Of a DNA stretch of 33,257 nt, positions 9,134-16,558 are shown one piece after another. Position 1 is the first letter of the stretch. Every line of letters begins with the position of its first letter. Source of the DNA: a virus (lineage: Duplodnaviria; Caudoviricetes); IMG/VR virus record IMGVR_UViG_3300031944_000028, positions 1 to 33,257 of that record, one strand, 5' to 3'. The notes under the pieces are model-generated. The model was given only the letters and a program-made list of their open reading frames with translations. It did not search any database and was not told where the DNA came from. Position numbers and translations under genes: made by a program.

Positions 9134-11239
9134 CTCGACCAGGCCACCGCGGACGCGCTGTACGTCAACGTGCTGGGCGACACCATGACCGGCCCGCTCA
9201 CCGCCCAGGGCACGGGCGTGGACAGCGGGGGCGCCCTGCGGGTGGTCAGCCCGGCCGTGGTGCCGGCCGACGTCCGCGTCTACGGCGCGGGGAGCGCGAC
9301 CTACAACCCGGCGGCCGCCGTGGGGGGCAGCGTCGAGTACGGCGTGCGCTTCACCCCGACCAACGGGATGTACCTGGTGGCCGTCCGCTGGTACCGGCCG
9401 AACACCAGCATCGTGGCGCCGACGTCGGTGCGCCTGTGGGACAGCACGGCCACCGGCGCCGCCGTCTGGAGCCTGACCACGCCGGCCGCCTGGACGGACA
9501 CCGTGGTGGGGTGGAAGGAGCACCGGCTGGCCCCCGGGACGGAGCCGGTGCTGGTGGGCGGCCGGCTGTACGCCCTGTCCTACACCGCCTCGGCCTCCAC
9601 CCAGTTCCGGCACTCGAGCTACACGCCCGTGCCGGACGCCGGGGTGACCTTCACCACCCACGTCAACGGGACGTCCGGGGCCTACCCGACCACCACGGGG
9701 GCCAACGCGTTCGGCATCGACCCGGTGACCCGCACGGGGCTGGGCACGAACGCGCCGGCGGCCAGCGGGGCCCTCCGGTTGCCCAACGGCAGCGCCGGCC
9801 GGATCGCCTGGCGCAACGTCGGGGACACCGCCGACCTGCCCCTGGCGGTCAACGCCAGCGACGAGCTGACCTTCAACGGGGTCCCCCTCGGCACCGGGGG
9901 CGGGGGCGGGCTGGCCACCGACCCACTGGCGGACGCCAAGGGCGACCTGTTCGCCGCCAGCGGCCCGGACGCGGTCGGGCGCCTGGCCCTGGGCACCGAC
10001 GCCTACGTGCTGACGGCGGACAGCACGCAGGCGCTGGGCGTGCGGTGGGCGCCGGCGCCGGGGTCGGCCGGGGGCCTGCCCACCACGGGCGGCACCATGA
10101 CCGGGAGCATCCTGGTCGGCACGACCAACACCATCGACCTGGGGGCGACGGCGGCCCGGTGGCGCAAGCTCTGGGCGGTGGACGGGGAGTTCACGAACGC
10201 GCCCACGGTGGGGGGCGTGGCCCTGCCGACCGCGGCGGGGGTCGCGGCGACCTACCTGGCCCTCGCCGGGGGCACCCTCACCGGCGACCTCGTGCTCTCC
10301 GCGGCCACCCCCGCGGTGTCCCTCAAGCAGGCGGCGGACACCCAGCCCCGGAGCCGGTTGACGGACACCGCGCTCGCCTTCGGCCCGGGGGGCACCACCG
10401 CGCCGGACGCCACCCTGCAGCGGACGGGGGCGGGGGCGCTGACCGTGAGCGGCGGCGGCGACGCCGCGGCGGCCGTCAGCGCCGGGACGACCGCGACGAC
10501 CGCGAGCGTCCTCTGGCAGAAAGCGGGGTCGGGCCGCTGGCTGCTCCAGACGGTGGGCGACCCCGCCGGCAGCCCGCTGATCCTCTACGACTACGGGGCG
10601 ACCGGGGCGGGCTTCACGGAGCGGGCGCGGTGGGCGCACACCGGGACGCTCAGCCTGAACCCGGACGCGGGCCAGCCCGCGGTCGCGGTGACGCCCCTCG
10701 GGCTGACCCTGGGCCCGGGGGGGACGGCGGGCTCCAGCCGGGTGGCCGTCGGGGCCAGCGTGCCCCTGGAGCTGTACGGCTGGCAGGTGCTCCCCGGCGG
10801 GACGGACGCGGCCATCCCGCTGGGGGAGCCGGCCCACCGCTGGAACGCCGTCTACGCCAGCAACGGCACCATCCAGACCTCCGCGGCCGAGGCGAAGCAG
10901 GCCATCACCCCCCTCGACCCGGCAACGGCCCTGGCGGCCGTCCTGGCGACCGACCCGGTGGTGTTCGAGTACACGCCGCCCGAGCGCGCCGCCGAGTGGT
11001 ACGAGCTGCCGGACGACCCGGAGCAGGCGGAGGCGGTGCTCCACCAGCGCCTGACCAGCGCCCCGCTGGAGGCCGCGGCGCGGCACCAGGCCGGGTTCGT
11101 CTTGTCCTCCCCCGACTACGCCACCGACCCCCTCTTCGAGACGGGGGCGGGGCAGAGCAACGCCGCCAACAGCGTGGGGGTGCTCATCGGCGCCATCCAC
11201 GCCCTCGAGCGCCGCCTCGCCGCGCTGGAAGGAGCCTAG
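8699..11239 (+). CDS. Tail fibre / receptor-binding protein with DUF4082-like domain and C-terminal S74-like intramolecular chaperone
   Basis: 846 aa. GDTMTG/GGTMTG/GGTLTG fibre motifs; VEYGVRF...VRWYRP...GWKE...YALSY (DUF4082-like); WNAVYASNGTIQTS..K..I...LIGAIHALERRLAALE tail. Confidence 0.85.
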   Translation: MPSRILRLWNPTAAAWEEVGDSRLSTHLAAADPHPGYLLESLLDAKGDLLAASGDNAPARLAVGATGQVLTADSAQPLGVKWADAPAGGGTAEVTITTDASLTAVESPANTFALTARLSPDAGNALALRGNGLYATDTAGSGGGGLDQATADALYVNVLGDTMTGPLTAQGTGVDSGGALRVVSPAVVPADVRVYGAGSATYNPAAAVGGSVEYGVRFTPTNGMYLVAVRWYRPNTSIVAPTSVRLWDSTATGAAVWSLTTPAAWTDTVVGWKEHRLAPGTEPVLVGGRLYALSYTASASTQFRHSSYTPVPDAGVTFTTHVNGTSGAYPTTTGANAFGIDPVTRTGLGTNAPAASGALRLPNGSAGRIAWRNVGDTADLPLAVNASDELTFNGVPLGTGGGGGLATDPLADAKGDLFAASGPDAVGRLALGTDAYVLTADSTQALGVRWAPAPGSAGGLPTTGGTMTGSILVGTTNTIDLGATAARWRKLWAVDGEFTNAPTVGGVALPTAAGVAATYLALAGGTLTGDLVLSAATPAVSLKQAADTQPRSRLTDTALAFGPGGTTAPDATLQRTGAGALTVSGGGDAAAAVSAGTTATTASVLWQKAGSGRWLLQTVGDPAGSPLILYDYGATGAGFTERARWAHTGTLSLNPDAGQPAVAVTPLGLTLGPGGTAGSSRVAVGASVPLELYGWQVLPGGTDAAIPLGEPAHRWNAVYASNGTIQTSAAEAKQAITPLDPATALAAVLATDPVVFEYTPPERAAEWYELPDDPEQAEAVLHQRLTSAPLEAAARHQAGFVLSSPDYATDPLFETGAGQSNAANSVGVLIGAIHALERRLAALEGA
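8828..10051 (+). repeat. Internal 120 bp duplication in fibre gene (8828-8947 and 9932-10051)
   Basis: DAKGDL.AASG....RLA.G....VLTADS.Q.LGV.WA occurs twice. Confidence 0.85.
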
Positions 11240-11242
11240 ACC

Positions 11243-11518
11243 ATGGCCGCATCGTCCCCGCCCCAGGTCGGCGTGCCGATCGACAAGGCCAGCATCAACG
11301 CGAAACTGGGGGCCGCGTCGTCCAGCCTGAAGAAATCCACGGTGCAGCTCGCCGACCTGAACGACTGGGCGGCGGCGTACACCGCCGAGCAGCTCAGCGA
11401 CCTGTTCGGGTTCACGCCGGAGGAGGCGACGCTCATCAAGAGCGCCCTGGCCGAGGTGCCCCCGCTGGTCGACCTCGTCGACAACCTCGCCTTCCTGTCC
11501 CGCACGTGGGGGGCCTAG
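11243..11518 (+). CDS. Hypothetical phage protein (tail-fibre associated)
   Basis: 91 aa with phage-like codon usage, directly after the fibre gene. Confidence 0.7.
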   Translation: MAASSPPQVGVPIDKASINAKLGAASSSLKKSTVQLADLNDWAAAYTAEQLSDLFGFTPEEATLIKSALAEVPPLVDLVDNLAFLSRTWGA

Positions 11519-11733
11519 TGGAGCCCGCCCCCCGCCCGGGCGAACCGGAGAAGCTGCTGCTGCCGGCGGGGGCCGTCCAGTACCTGCTGGCGGTGGCCCT
11601 GCGCACCGAGCTGGGGGGCGCGTGGTGGGACGGCTTCCGCACCGCCCACGGGGCGCCGTCCTGGCTGACCCCCGGGCGCTTCCGGGTGGCCACGGACGAC
11701 GCCCGCCTGCTGCCGCTGGGAGAGGACGCCTGA
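11518..11733 (+). CDS. Hypothetical protein
   Basis: GTG overlaps the upstream TAG; 71 aa; fills the gap. Confidence 0.6.
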   Translation: MEPAPRPGEPEKLLLPAGAVQYLLAVALRTELGGAWWDGFRTAHGAPSWLTPGRFRVATDDARLLPLGEDA

Positions 11734-11737
11734 CGCA

Positions 11738-12112
11738 ATGCAGAGCGTGACCGTCGCCACCACCGTGCGGGTGGGCAACCACCTGCTGACCGCCGCCGAG
11801 CAGACCGCCGGCGCGCCCCAGCGCCTGCCCTTCGTGGACGCGGACGGCGCCCCCGTCGACCCCGACGCGGTGGCCCTGGCCCTGACCGCGGCCGACGGGA
11901 CGACCCGCACCTTCGGCTACCCCGCCGCCGGGCCGGACGACGCCGGCGTGCTCGTCCGGCAGGAGGTGGGGCGCTTCTACACCGACTGGGCGCCGGCCAC
12001 GCCGGAGGACGGGCTGTGGCGCTGGTACCTCGTGGGGGCCATGAGCCTGGGCGCGAGCCAGAGCGACCAGGACGTGTTCTACGTGCGGCGCGCGATCGCC
12101 CCGGGGCCGTGA
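11738..12112 (+). CDS. Hypothetical structural protein (beta-sandwich-like)
   Basis: 124 aa. FVDADGAPVDP...GRFYTDW...GLWRWY pattern seen in small tail-region proteins. Confidence 0.65.
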   Translation: MQSVTVATTVRVGNHLLTAAEQTAGAPQRLPFVDADGAPVDPDAVALALTAADGTTRTFGYPAAGPDDAGVLVRQEVGRFYTDWAPATPEDGLWRWYLVGAMSLGASQSDQDVFYVRRAIAPGP

Positions 12113-12453
12113 GCGATGGGCGCGACCCGCCGGCCCTCCCCGGGCCCCCCGACCACGCCGGGCAGCCGTCCGCCCCCGACGGGCGGTGGTGTCCCTACTG
12201 CGGGGCCGACCTGGCCAACGTCCCGGAGCGCCAGGGCCACGAGGACGAGGCCCTCTTCGCCGCCACCGGGCGGCGGCTCAAGGTGGCCCTGGCCGTGGGC
12301 TTCGTGCTGGTGTGGCTGGCCGTGAGCCTGTACGACTGGCTCAGCGAGCCCTCGACGCTCGAGGTGCCCGGCTGGTTCAGCGCCCTGGGGGGGCTGATGC
12401 TCTTCTACCTGCTGGGGGTGGACCCCATCGGGCTGTGGCGGAGGCGGCGCTGA
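12109..12453 (+). CDS. Two-TM membrane protein, holin candidate
   Basis: GTGA start, CPYC motif, two hydrophobic segments, basic RRRR C-terminus, directly before the endolysin. Confidence 0.6.
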   Translation: MSDGRDPPALPGPPDHAGQPSAPDGRWCPYCGADLANVPERQGHEDEALFAATGRRLKVALAVGFVLVWLAVSLYDWLSEPSTLEVPGWFSALGGLMLFYLLGVDPIGLWRRRR

Positions 12454-13355
12454 TGAGCCACCCCGGCCCGCACGGCCACACGCCGCCGCCCCCCGGAGTG
12501 AAGCAGCCCGGCACCGGCGCGCCGACGCTGACGAACGGGTTCGTCAACGTGCAGGGGCGGCTGTTCGCCCCCCTGCAGGGCGTGAACCCGGCGGACGTCT
12601 TGCAGGGCGGGTACGGCTGGCTGGACGCCACCGACGGCGGCGCCACGCTGCACCCCGGGGCCGACCTGAATAGCGGCGGGTCGTGCAACGCCGACGAGGG
12701 GCTGCCGGTGGTGGCCCCGCTCGCCGGGGTGGTGCAGCAGCTGCTGTACTGGGACGGGCGGACGTCCGGCGAGGGCAACCACCTGTGGCTCGAGCTGGAT
12801 GACCCGGTGGCCCCCGGCCCGACGTGGTGCCATTTCGATCACCTGCAGGCGTTCGCCGTGGGCCCGGGCCAGCGGGTCACCCCCGGCCAGCTGCTCGGGT
12901 ACTGCGGCCGCTCGGGCGGCTGGGACTGCGCCCACCTGCACCTCGAGCTGCTGCCGGCGGCGCCGGCGCAGGGCTACTGGCAGTGGCCCTACGGCTGGTC
13001 GCAGGCGCAGGTGGAGGCGGCGTACTACTGGCCCCGGGCGTGGTGGGACGCGGCCGTGGCGAAGGTGGGGCAGGCGCCCCCGGAGATAGTCAGCATGATC
13101 CTGAGCGGGGCCCAGGCGGCGGCGGTGCAGGCGGTGGTCTGGGAGAGCTACTGGGAGCCGGCGGCGGCCGACTTCGCCATCCCCACCGCGTGGCGGGACG
13201 AGTGGCGCCGGGGCGTCTGGCGGGGCGCCCCGCTCTCCAGCGAGCAGCTGGTGCCGGAGGACGCGGCGGAGGGCAAGCCCGCGGGCTCCTGGCAGCTGTT
13301 CCAGTACGGCGCCGCCGTGTGGCTGCCGGGGCAGTCCGTGAGCTGGAACGGGTAG
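12453..13355 (+). CDS. Endolysin, M23 family peptidase with LGFP-like C-terminal region
   Basis: Zinc motifs HPGAD and HLH, HL..F.V.PGQRV..GQ.LG..G.SG. C-terminal GAPLSSEQ...WQLFQYG resembles an LGFP repeat. Confidence 0.85.
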   Translation: MSHPGPHGHTPPPPGVKQPGTGAPTLTNGFVNVQGRLFAPLQGVNPADVLQGGYGWLDATDGGATLHPGADLNSGGSCNADEGLPVVAPLAGVVQQLLYWDGRTSGEGNHLWLELDDPVAPGPTWCHFDHLQAFAVGPGQRVTPGQLLGYCGRSGGWDCAHLHLELLPAAPAQGYWQWPYGWSQAQVEAAYYWPRAWWDAAVAKVGQAPPEIVSMILSGAQAAAVQAVVWESYWEPAAADFAIPTAWRDEWRRGVWRGAPLSSEQLVPEDAAEGKPAGSWQLFQYGAAVWLPGQSVSWNG

Positions 13356-13367
13356 GGAGGGACGGAC

Positions 13368-13520
13368 GTGATCACCACCGGGCCCCGGCTCATCTGCTTG
13401 CTCATCGCCGCGATCCTGTTCGCGGTGGCGGCGCTCTGGACGCCCCCGGCCCCGCCCCGCTTCAGCCTGACCAACGCCGGCCTATTCTTCTTCGTCGCCG
13501 GGTGGCTCTTCGCCGGGTGA
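13368..13520 (+). CDS. Small two-TM membrane protein
   Basis: GGAGG RBS; 50 aa VITTGPRLICLLIAAILFAVAALW...AGLFFFVAGWLFAG (not in the ORF track). Confidence 0.7.
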   Translation: MITTGPRLICLLIAAILFAVAALWTPPAPPRFSLTNAGLFFFVAGWLFAG

Positions 13521-13642
13521 GGCGCCCCACGGCCGACGACGGGTGGCTCCTCGCCGGCTACGTCGTCTGGTTCGCCCTCATCTACTCGATCTGGCAGGTC
13601 GTCGCGCACCTGCCCCGCGTGCGGTTTCGCTTTTATGCGTAA
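13517..13642 (+). CDS. Small membrane peptide
   Basis: GTGA-coupled; 41 aa with one TM segment (WLLAGYVVWFALIYSIWQVV) and a basic tail. Confidence 0.5.
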   Translation: MRRPTADDGWLLAGYVVWFALIYSIWQVVAHLPRVRFRFYA

Positions 13643-14278
13643 TCAAAACCGCTGCCACGCCGCCGCGATGTGGGCGCAGGAGCGGGCGAAGGCCCGGTAG
13701 AGCATGTCCGGCCCCGCCGGCTCCCCGGCCGCCCGCGACGCCCAGCGGCGCCCGTCCCAGAACGTCCCCCGGCGGGCGGCGACGAGGTGGCTGTTCCCGT
13801 CGACGGAGACGACGCCCGACCCGAGGTGGGCATAGAGCCAGAGCTGGCGGCTGGGAGAACCGCCCAGGAGGTGGACGCGCCGGCCCCGGTACTCCCAGAA
13901 CGGCGCCTGCGTGGCCCCGAACCGGGTCGGGACGGAGAGCCCCAGCACGTACTCCGGCGGCACCGCCTCGGCCAAGCCCGACGCCTTCGGCACCACGATT
14001 ATCTCCTCGATGCCCTCGGCGCGCAGGATGCGGGCCTGCCCGAGCACCCGCTCCAGTTCATCGGGCGTCTCGGCGTCCCCGGCGACGGCGAAGCGGGGGC
14101 GCCACCGCCGGCACCGCTCCAGGTGCGCCGGGAAGTCCGGCCGGCGCCAGTCCAGGTCGAGGAAGGCCGGGGGGTAGTACGGGGCCTGCGTCCCCCGCAC
14201 GCCGTAGAGGAACCCGGCCTCCACCGCGATCCGCGCCAGCCGCGGGTTGCCGTCCATAACGAACACTAGGGAGACCAT
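13643..14278 (-). CDS. TGT/DpdA-like TIM-barrel protein (resembles DUF6610)
   Basis: Motifs AFLDLDW, AVAGD, IIVVPK, RVHLLGGSP and VVSVDGNS. The HLLG...SVD pair matches the C-terminal half of guanine transglycosylase-fold proteins. Start may be 14284. Confidence 0.6.
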   Translation of the reverse strand: MVSLVFVMDGNPRLARIAVEAGFLYGVRGTQAPYYPPAFLDLDWRRPDFPAHLERCRRWRPRFAVAGDAETPDELERVLGQARILRAEGIEEIIVVPKASGLAEAVPPEYVLGLSVPTRFGATQAPFWEYRGRRVHLLGGSPSRQLWLYAHLGSGVVSVDGNSHLVAARRGTFWDGRRWASRAAGEPAGPDMLYRAFARSCAHIAAAWQRF

Positions 14279-14652
14279 TGCCACACGTTCAGGGGGCGCC
14301 GCTTGCCGGGCTGGATAGCCACCAGGATGCCCCCACAGCGGGCGTAGAAGCCGTTCGCGGGTAGATCCCAGGGGCAGCGCAGCCGCAGCGGTCGGGGCAC
14401 CGCAGCGAGCAATTCCCGGCCGGTGCCGGGCGCCTCGCTCACCAGCTCGTACACCGTCTGCCAGCCGTCCCGCCGGGCGTGCCAGCGGCAGAACCCGGAC
14501 GCGCCCACGCCCACCAGCAGCTCGCCCCGCCCGATCGCCTCGGCCAGCGCCGGACGGAGCACGAAGCCGACCTCGCGCCGGTGCCGGTCGGCCATGCGCT
14601 TGACCCAGTCGAGGTCGCTGCGGGTGGCGGGCCGCACGGTACAGCGTTTCAT
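14266..14652 (-). CDS. GNAT family acetyltransferase
   Basis: VRPATRSDL start, GFCRW, GTGRELL (reduced acetyl-CoA loop), ANGFYARCG. Overlaps the downstream gene. Confidence 0.75.
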   Translation of the reverse strand: MKRCTVRPATRSDLDWVKRMADRHRREVGFVLRPALAEAIGRGELLVGVGASGFCRWHARRDGWQTVYELVSEAPGTGRELLAAVPRPLRLRCPWDLPANGFYARCGGILVAIQPGKRRPLNVWQWSP

Positions 14653-14657
14653 GCGGG

Positions 14658-14936
14658 TTACTGCGAGTTATCGCTCGTCGGCACCGGGTAGTCCCACGGG
14701 CACGCCTCGCACTCGATGCAGCGGGTGACCAACTCGTCGTTTGGCCCTTCGAAGGAGCCGTACCACTGGTCGTCGGCCCCGCAGCGGGGGCACGGGTGGG
14801 GGTACCCCTCTCCCCCGCGGTCGATGCCGACGGCGGGCGGCGGGAGCGGGGGCAACGGCGGCGGCGGCCCGGCTCCCGGTTGCCGCCGCCCGTGCGCCAC
14901 CGACCGGCTGCCTTTCGCGTCCTTCTTCCGACTCAT
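14658..14936 (-). CDS. Small zinc-ribbon protein
   Basis: GGAGG RBS; 92 aa with CPRC...CIECEAC and a Pro-rich N-terminal half. Confidence 0.6.
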   Translation of the reverse strand: MSRKKDAKGSRSVAHGRRQPGAGPPPPLPPLPPPAVGIDRGGEGYPHPCPRCGADDQWYGSFEGPNDELVTRCIECEACPWDYPVPTSDNSQ

Positions 14937-15004
14937 GTCCTGTGCCCTCCGAGTCGAGTCAACGCGCGTGATGGTCGCCGGAAGTCCACGCACTCTACGT
15001 GCGG

Positions 15005-15202
15005 TCACTTCGCATGACGTTGCTGGTCGCGCCGGATCAGCGAGCGCATCACGAGCAGCGCACCGGTCGCGGCCGCCACGGCGAGCGGCCACCACCCCAG
15101 CACCCCGGCGACCACGACCACCGGCGCCGCCAGGAGCCAGGGTGCCGGATAGAACACCCACGCGCGGCCACTTCGGGGCGGCCGCTGTCGCTCCTGGCCC
15201 AT
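15005..15202 (-). CDS. Small membrane protein
   Basis: Two short hydrophobic segments. Start follows the GGGGTTCCAG motif. Confidence 0.55.
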   Translation of the reverse strand: MGQERQRPPRSGRAWVFYPAPWLLAAPVVVVAGVLGWWPLAVAAATGALLVMRSLIRRDQQRHAK

Positions 15203-15241
15203 CTGGAACCCCATTTCTTGTGTTTTAAGTGCCGTTAAAGC

Positions 15242-15352
15242 TCATGCGAGCGCCCCCGTCCGCAGGGACGCCGTCAGCAGGCCGAGGAGGAAGCCGAGCA
15301 CGACCAGCGCCAGGGAGTAGCCCAGGAGCCGGACGAGCGAGAAGGTATACAT
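15242..15352 (-). CDS. 36 aa hydrophobic peptide
   Basis: MYTFSLVRLLGYSLALVVLGFLLGLLTASLRTGALA, preceded by a copy of the motif (not in the ORF track). Confidence 0.6.
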   Translation of the reverse strand: MYTFSLVRLLGYSLALVVLGFLLGLLTASLRTGALA

Positions 15353-15370
15353 GCCGATCTGGAGCCCCGC

Positions 15371-15721
15371 CTATCGCTCGTACTGCGGGCCGAGCCGGGA
15401 GAGCAGTGTCGTCGCTTGGTCGAGCGCCGCTTTCGTGTCCGCATAGTCGCCGGTGTGCATCCCGTCGGCCATCCGGCGCAGCGCGGCGTACAGCTCCCGC
15501 GCCTCCCCCTGGACGCGCTCGAACTCCGACTCGGCCGCGTCGATCTCCGTACTGAGCGCCGCGATCCGATCCAGCAGTGCCTGCTTCGCAGCGGGCGAGA
15601 TGGACATCTCCGCCTCCTCCCGCCGCTGCCGGTTGATGCGATCCTGCGCCTTCCGCAGCTCCACCGTCTCAAGCGTCTGCCGTGCCGCCCGGTCGAGCGC
15701 CGCCGCCGTCTTGCTGTCCAT
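15371..15721 (-). CDS. Hypothetical coiled-coil protein
   Basis: 116 aa from MDSKTAAALDRAAR; start follows a copy of the motif. Confidence 0.7.
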   Translation of the reverse strand: MDSKTAAALDRAARQTLETVELRKAQDRINRQRREEAEMSISPAAKQALLDRIAALSTEIDAAESEFERVQGEARELYAALRRMADGMHTGDYADTKAALDQATTLLSRLGPQYER

Positions 15722-16019
15722 CTGGAACCCCGTTTCTTGCGTGCTGATTGCCGTACCCGGCCAAGGCATAGGCGCGCTCCTCGCTCGCCCCTTGGTATGC
15801 CCACGTCTGGCGCTTGGTGTTCCATACCCGCCAGGGGAAGCCGCCGGGCTCCCCCGGACGCACCACGTAGGTCGGCTCGGCCGCTCCCGCGTCCTCCGGG
15901 AGCAACCAGCCCTGCTCGACCGCTTCGGCCGCCGTCTGCTCCAGCGTGGCCCACGGCGTGACGGAGGCCCAGCGGAGCAGCCGGAACAGGCCCGCCTCAG
16001 TGACGCGGTACGTCTTCAC
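15669..16019 (-). CDS. Hypothetical protein
   Basis: GTGA-coupled start VKTYRVTEAGLFRLL. Confidence 0.6.
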   Translation of the reverse strand: MKTYRVTEAGLFRLLRWASVTPWATLEQTAAEAVEQGWLLPEDAGAAEPTYVVRPGEPGGFPWRVWNTKRQTWAYQGASEERAYALAGYGNQHARNGVPDGQQDGGGARPGGTADA

Positions 16020-16282
16020 CGTTCCACCGCTTCCGGCAGCCGGAAACCGCTCCGAAACTCGGTGGCGTGGCATCGCCGCTTGCCGTCCTCCGGCCGCAGA
16101 TACCACCCGCCCGGCATCCAGTCGCTCAGGGTGTGCCCGAGCCCGGCCGGCTCGTAGGTGATGTAGTGCGTCGGGGCGCGTCCGCCGCGGGCGCCGGCGG
16201 GCTTCCACACGTCCACCACCCGCACCGACCGCCCCGCGCACTCGTACTCCTGGCCGACCTCAATCGGCATCGCCCCGCTCAT
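16016..16282 (-). CDS. Hypothetical protein
   Basis: AGGAG RBS; 88 aa MSGAMPIEVGQEYEC... Confidence 0.65.
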   Translation of the reverse strand: MSGAMPIEVGQEYECAGRSVRVVDVWKPAGARGGRAPTHYITYEPAGLGHTLSDWMPGGWYLRPEDGKRRCHATEFRSGFRLPEAVER

Positions 16283-16295
16283 CTTGTGCTCCTGG

Positions 16296-16508
16296 TTAGC
16301 TGGCGTGATGGGGCAGCGGCTCGTAGATCGTCTGCCAGCCGGGGTCGCTGCCCCACAGCGGCGCCGGACGGACGGGGGTATGCCGGTCACACTGATAGGC
16401 GTGGTAGCCGGCCGGCGTGATGCGCTTGCTCCGGTGGGTGGCCGATGCCCCGCAGGAGAAACAGCGCGGATCGGCGGCGTTCTTGGCATCGATCTGATCT
16501 GGGGTCAT
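16296..16508 (-). CDS. Small zinc-finger-like protein
   Basis: CFSC...CDRH; preceded by GAGGTTCCAG and a CATAAT -10-like box. Confidence 0.6.
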   Translation of the reverse strand: MTPDQIDAKNAADPRCFSCGASATHRSKRITPAGYHAYQCDRHTPVRPAPLWGSDPGWQTIYEPLPHHAS

Positions 16509-16558
16509 CTGGAACCTCGAATTATGATGCGCACGGTAAGGCGGAGTATGTTCGCTGC

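Larger units (their letters stand above)
15199..16516 (-). repeat. Dispersed start-associated motif G(G/A)GG(T/C)TCCAGAT, four copies
   Basis: + strand copies: 15199-15220 and 15718-15739 (22 bp, one mismatch), 15357-15368, 16506-16516. Each lies at or just before a minus-strand ATG. Confidence 0.8.

Noticed and set aside
5797-11518. Genome-wide TAG reassignment (alternative genetic code)
   Set aside because: Conserved genes (terminase, portal, capsid, integrase) have no internal TAG. Genes after TAG often have their own RBS (e.g. 8312), and no suppressor tRNA was seen.
7235-11782. Very long alternative-frame and antisense ORFs (e.g. 7235-11782 -, 7366-11733 +, 2860-6036 -, 17592-20138 -, 26918-28630 -)
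   Set aside because: Shadow ORFs expected at very high GC. They are Arg/Pro/Gly-rich, have no motifs and overlap well-supported genes. Only short terminal parts (2860-3051, 11518-11733) are kept as genes.
15199-16516. Dispersed repeats as a CRISPR array or integron attC sites
   Set aside because: Spacing is irregular and gene-sized, repeats are short and non-palindromic, and there are no cas genes or tyrosine integron integrase.
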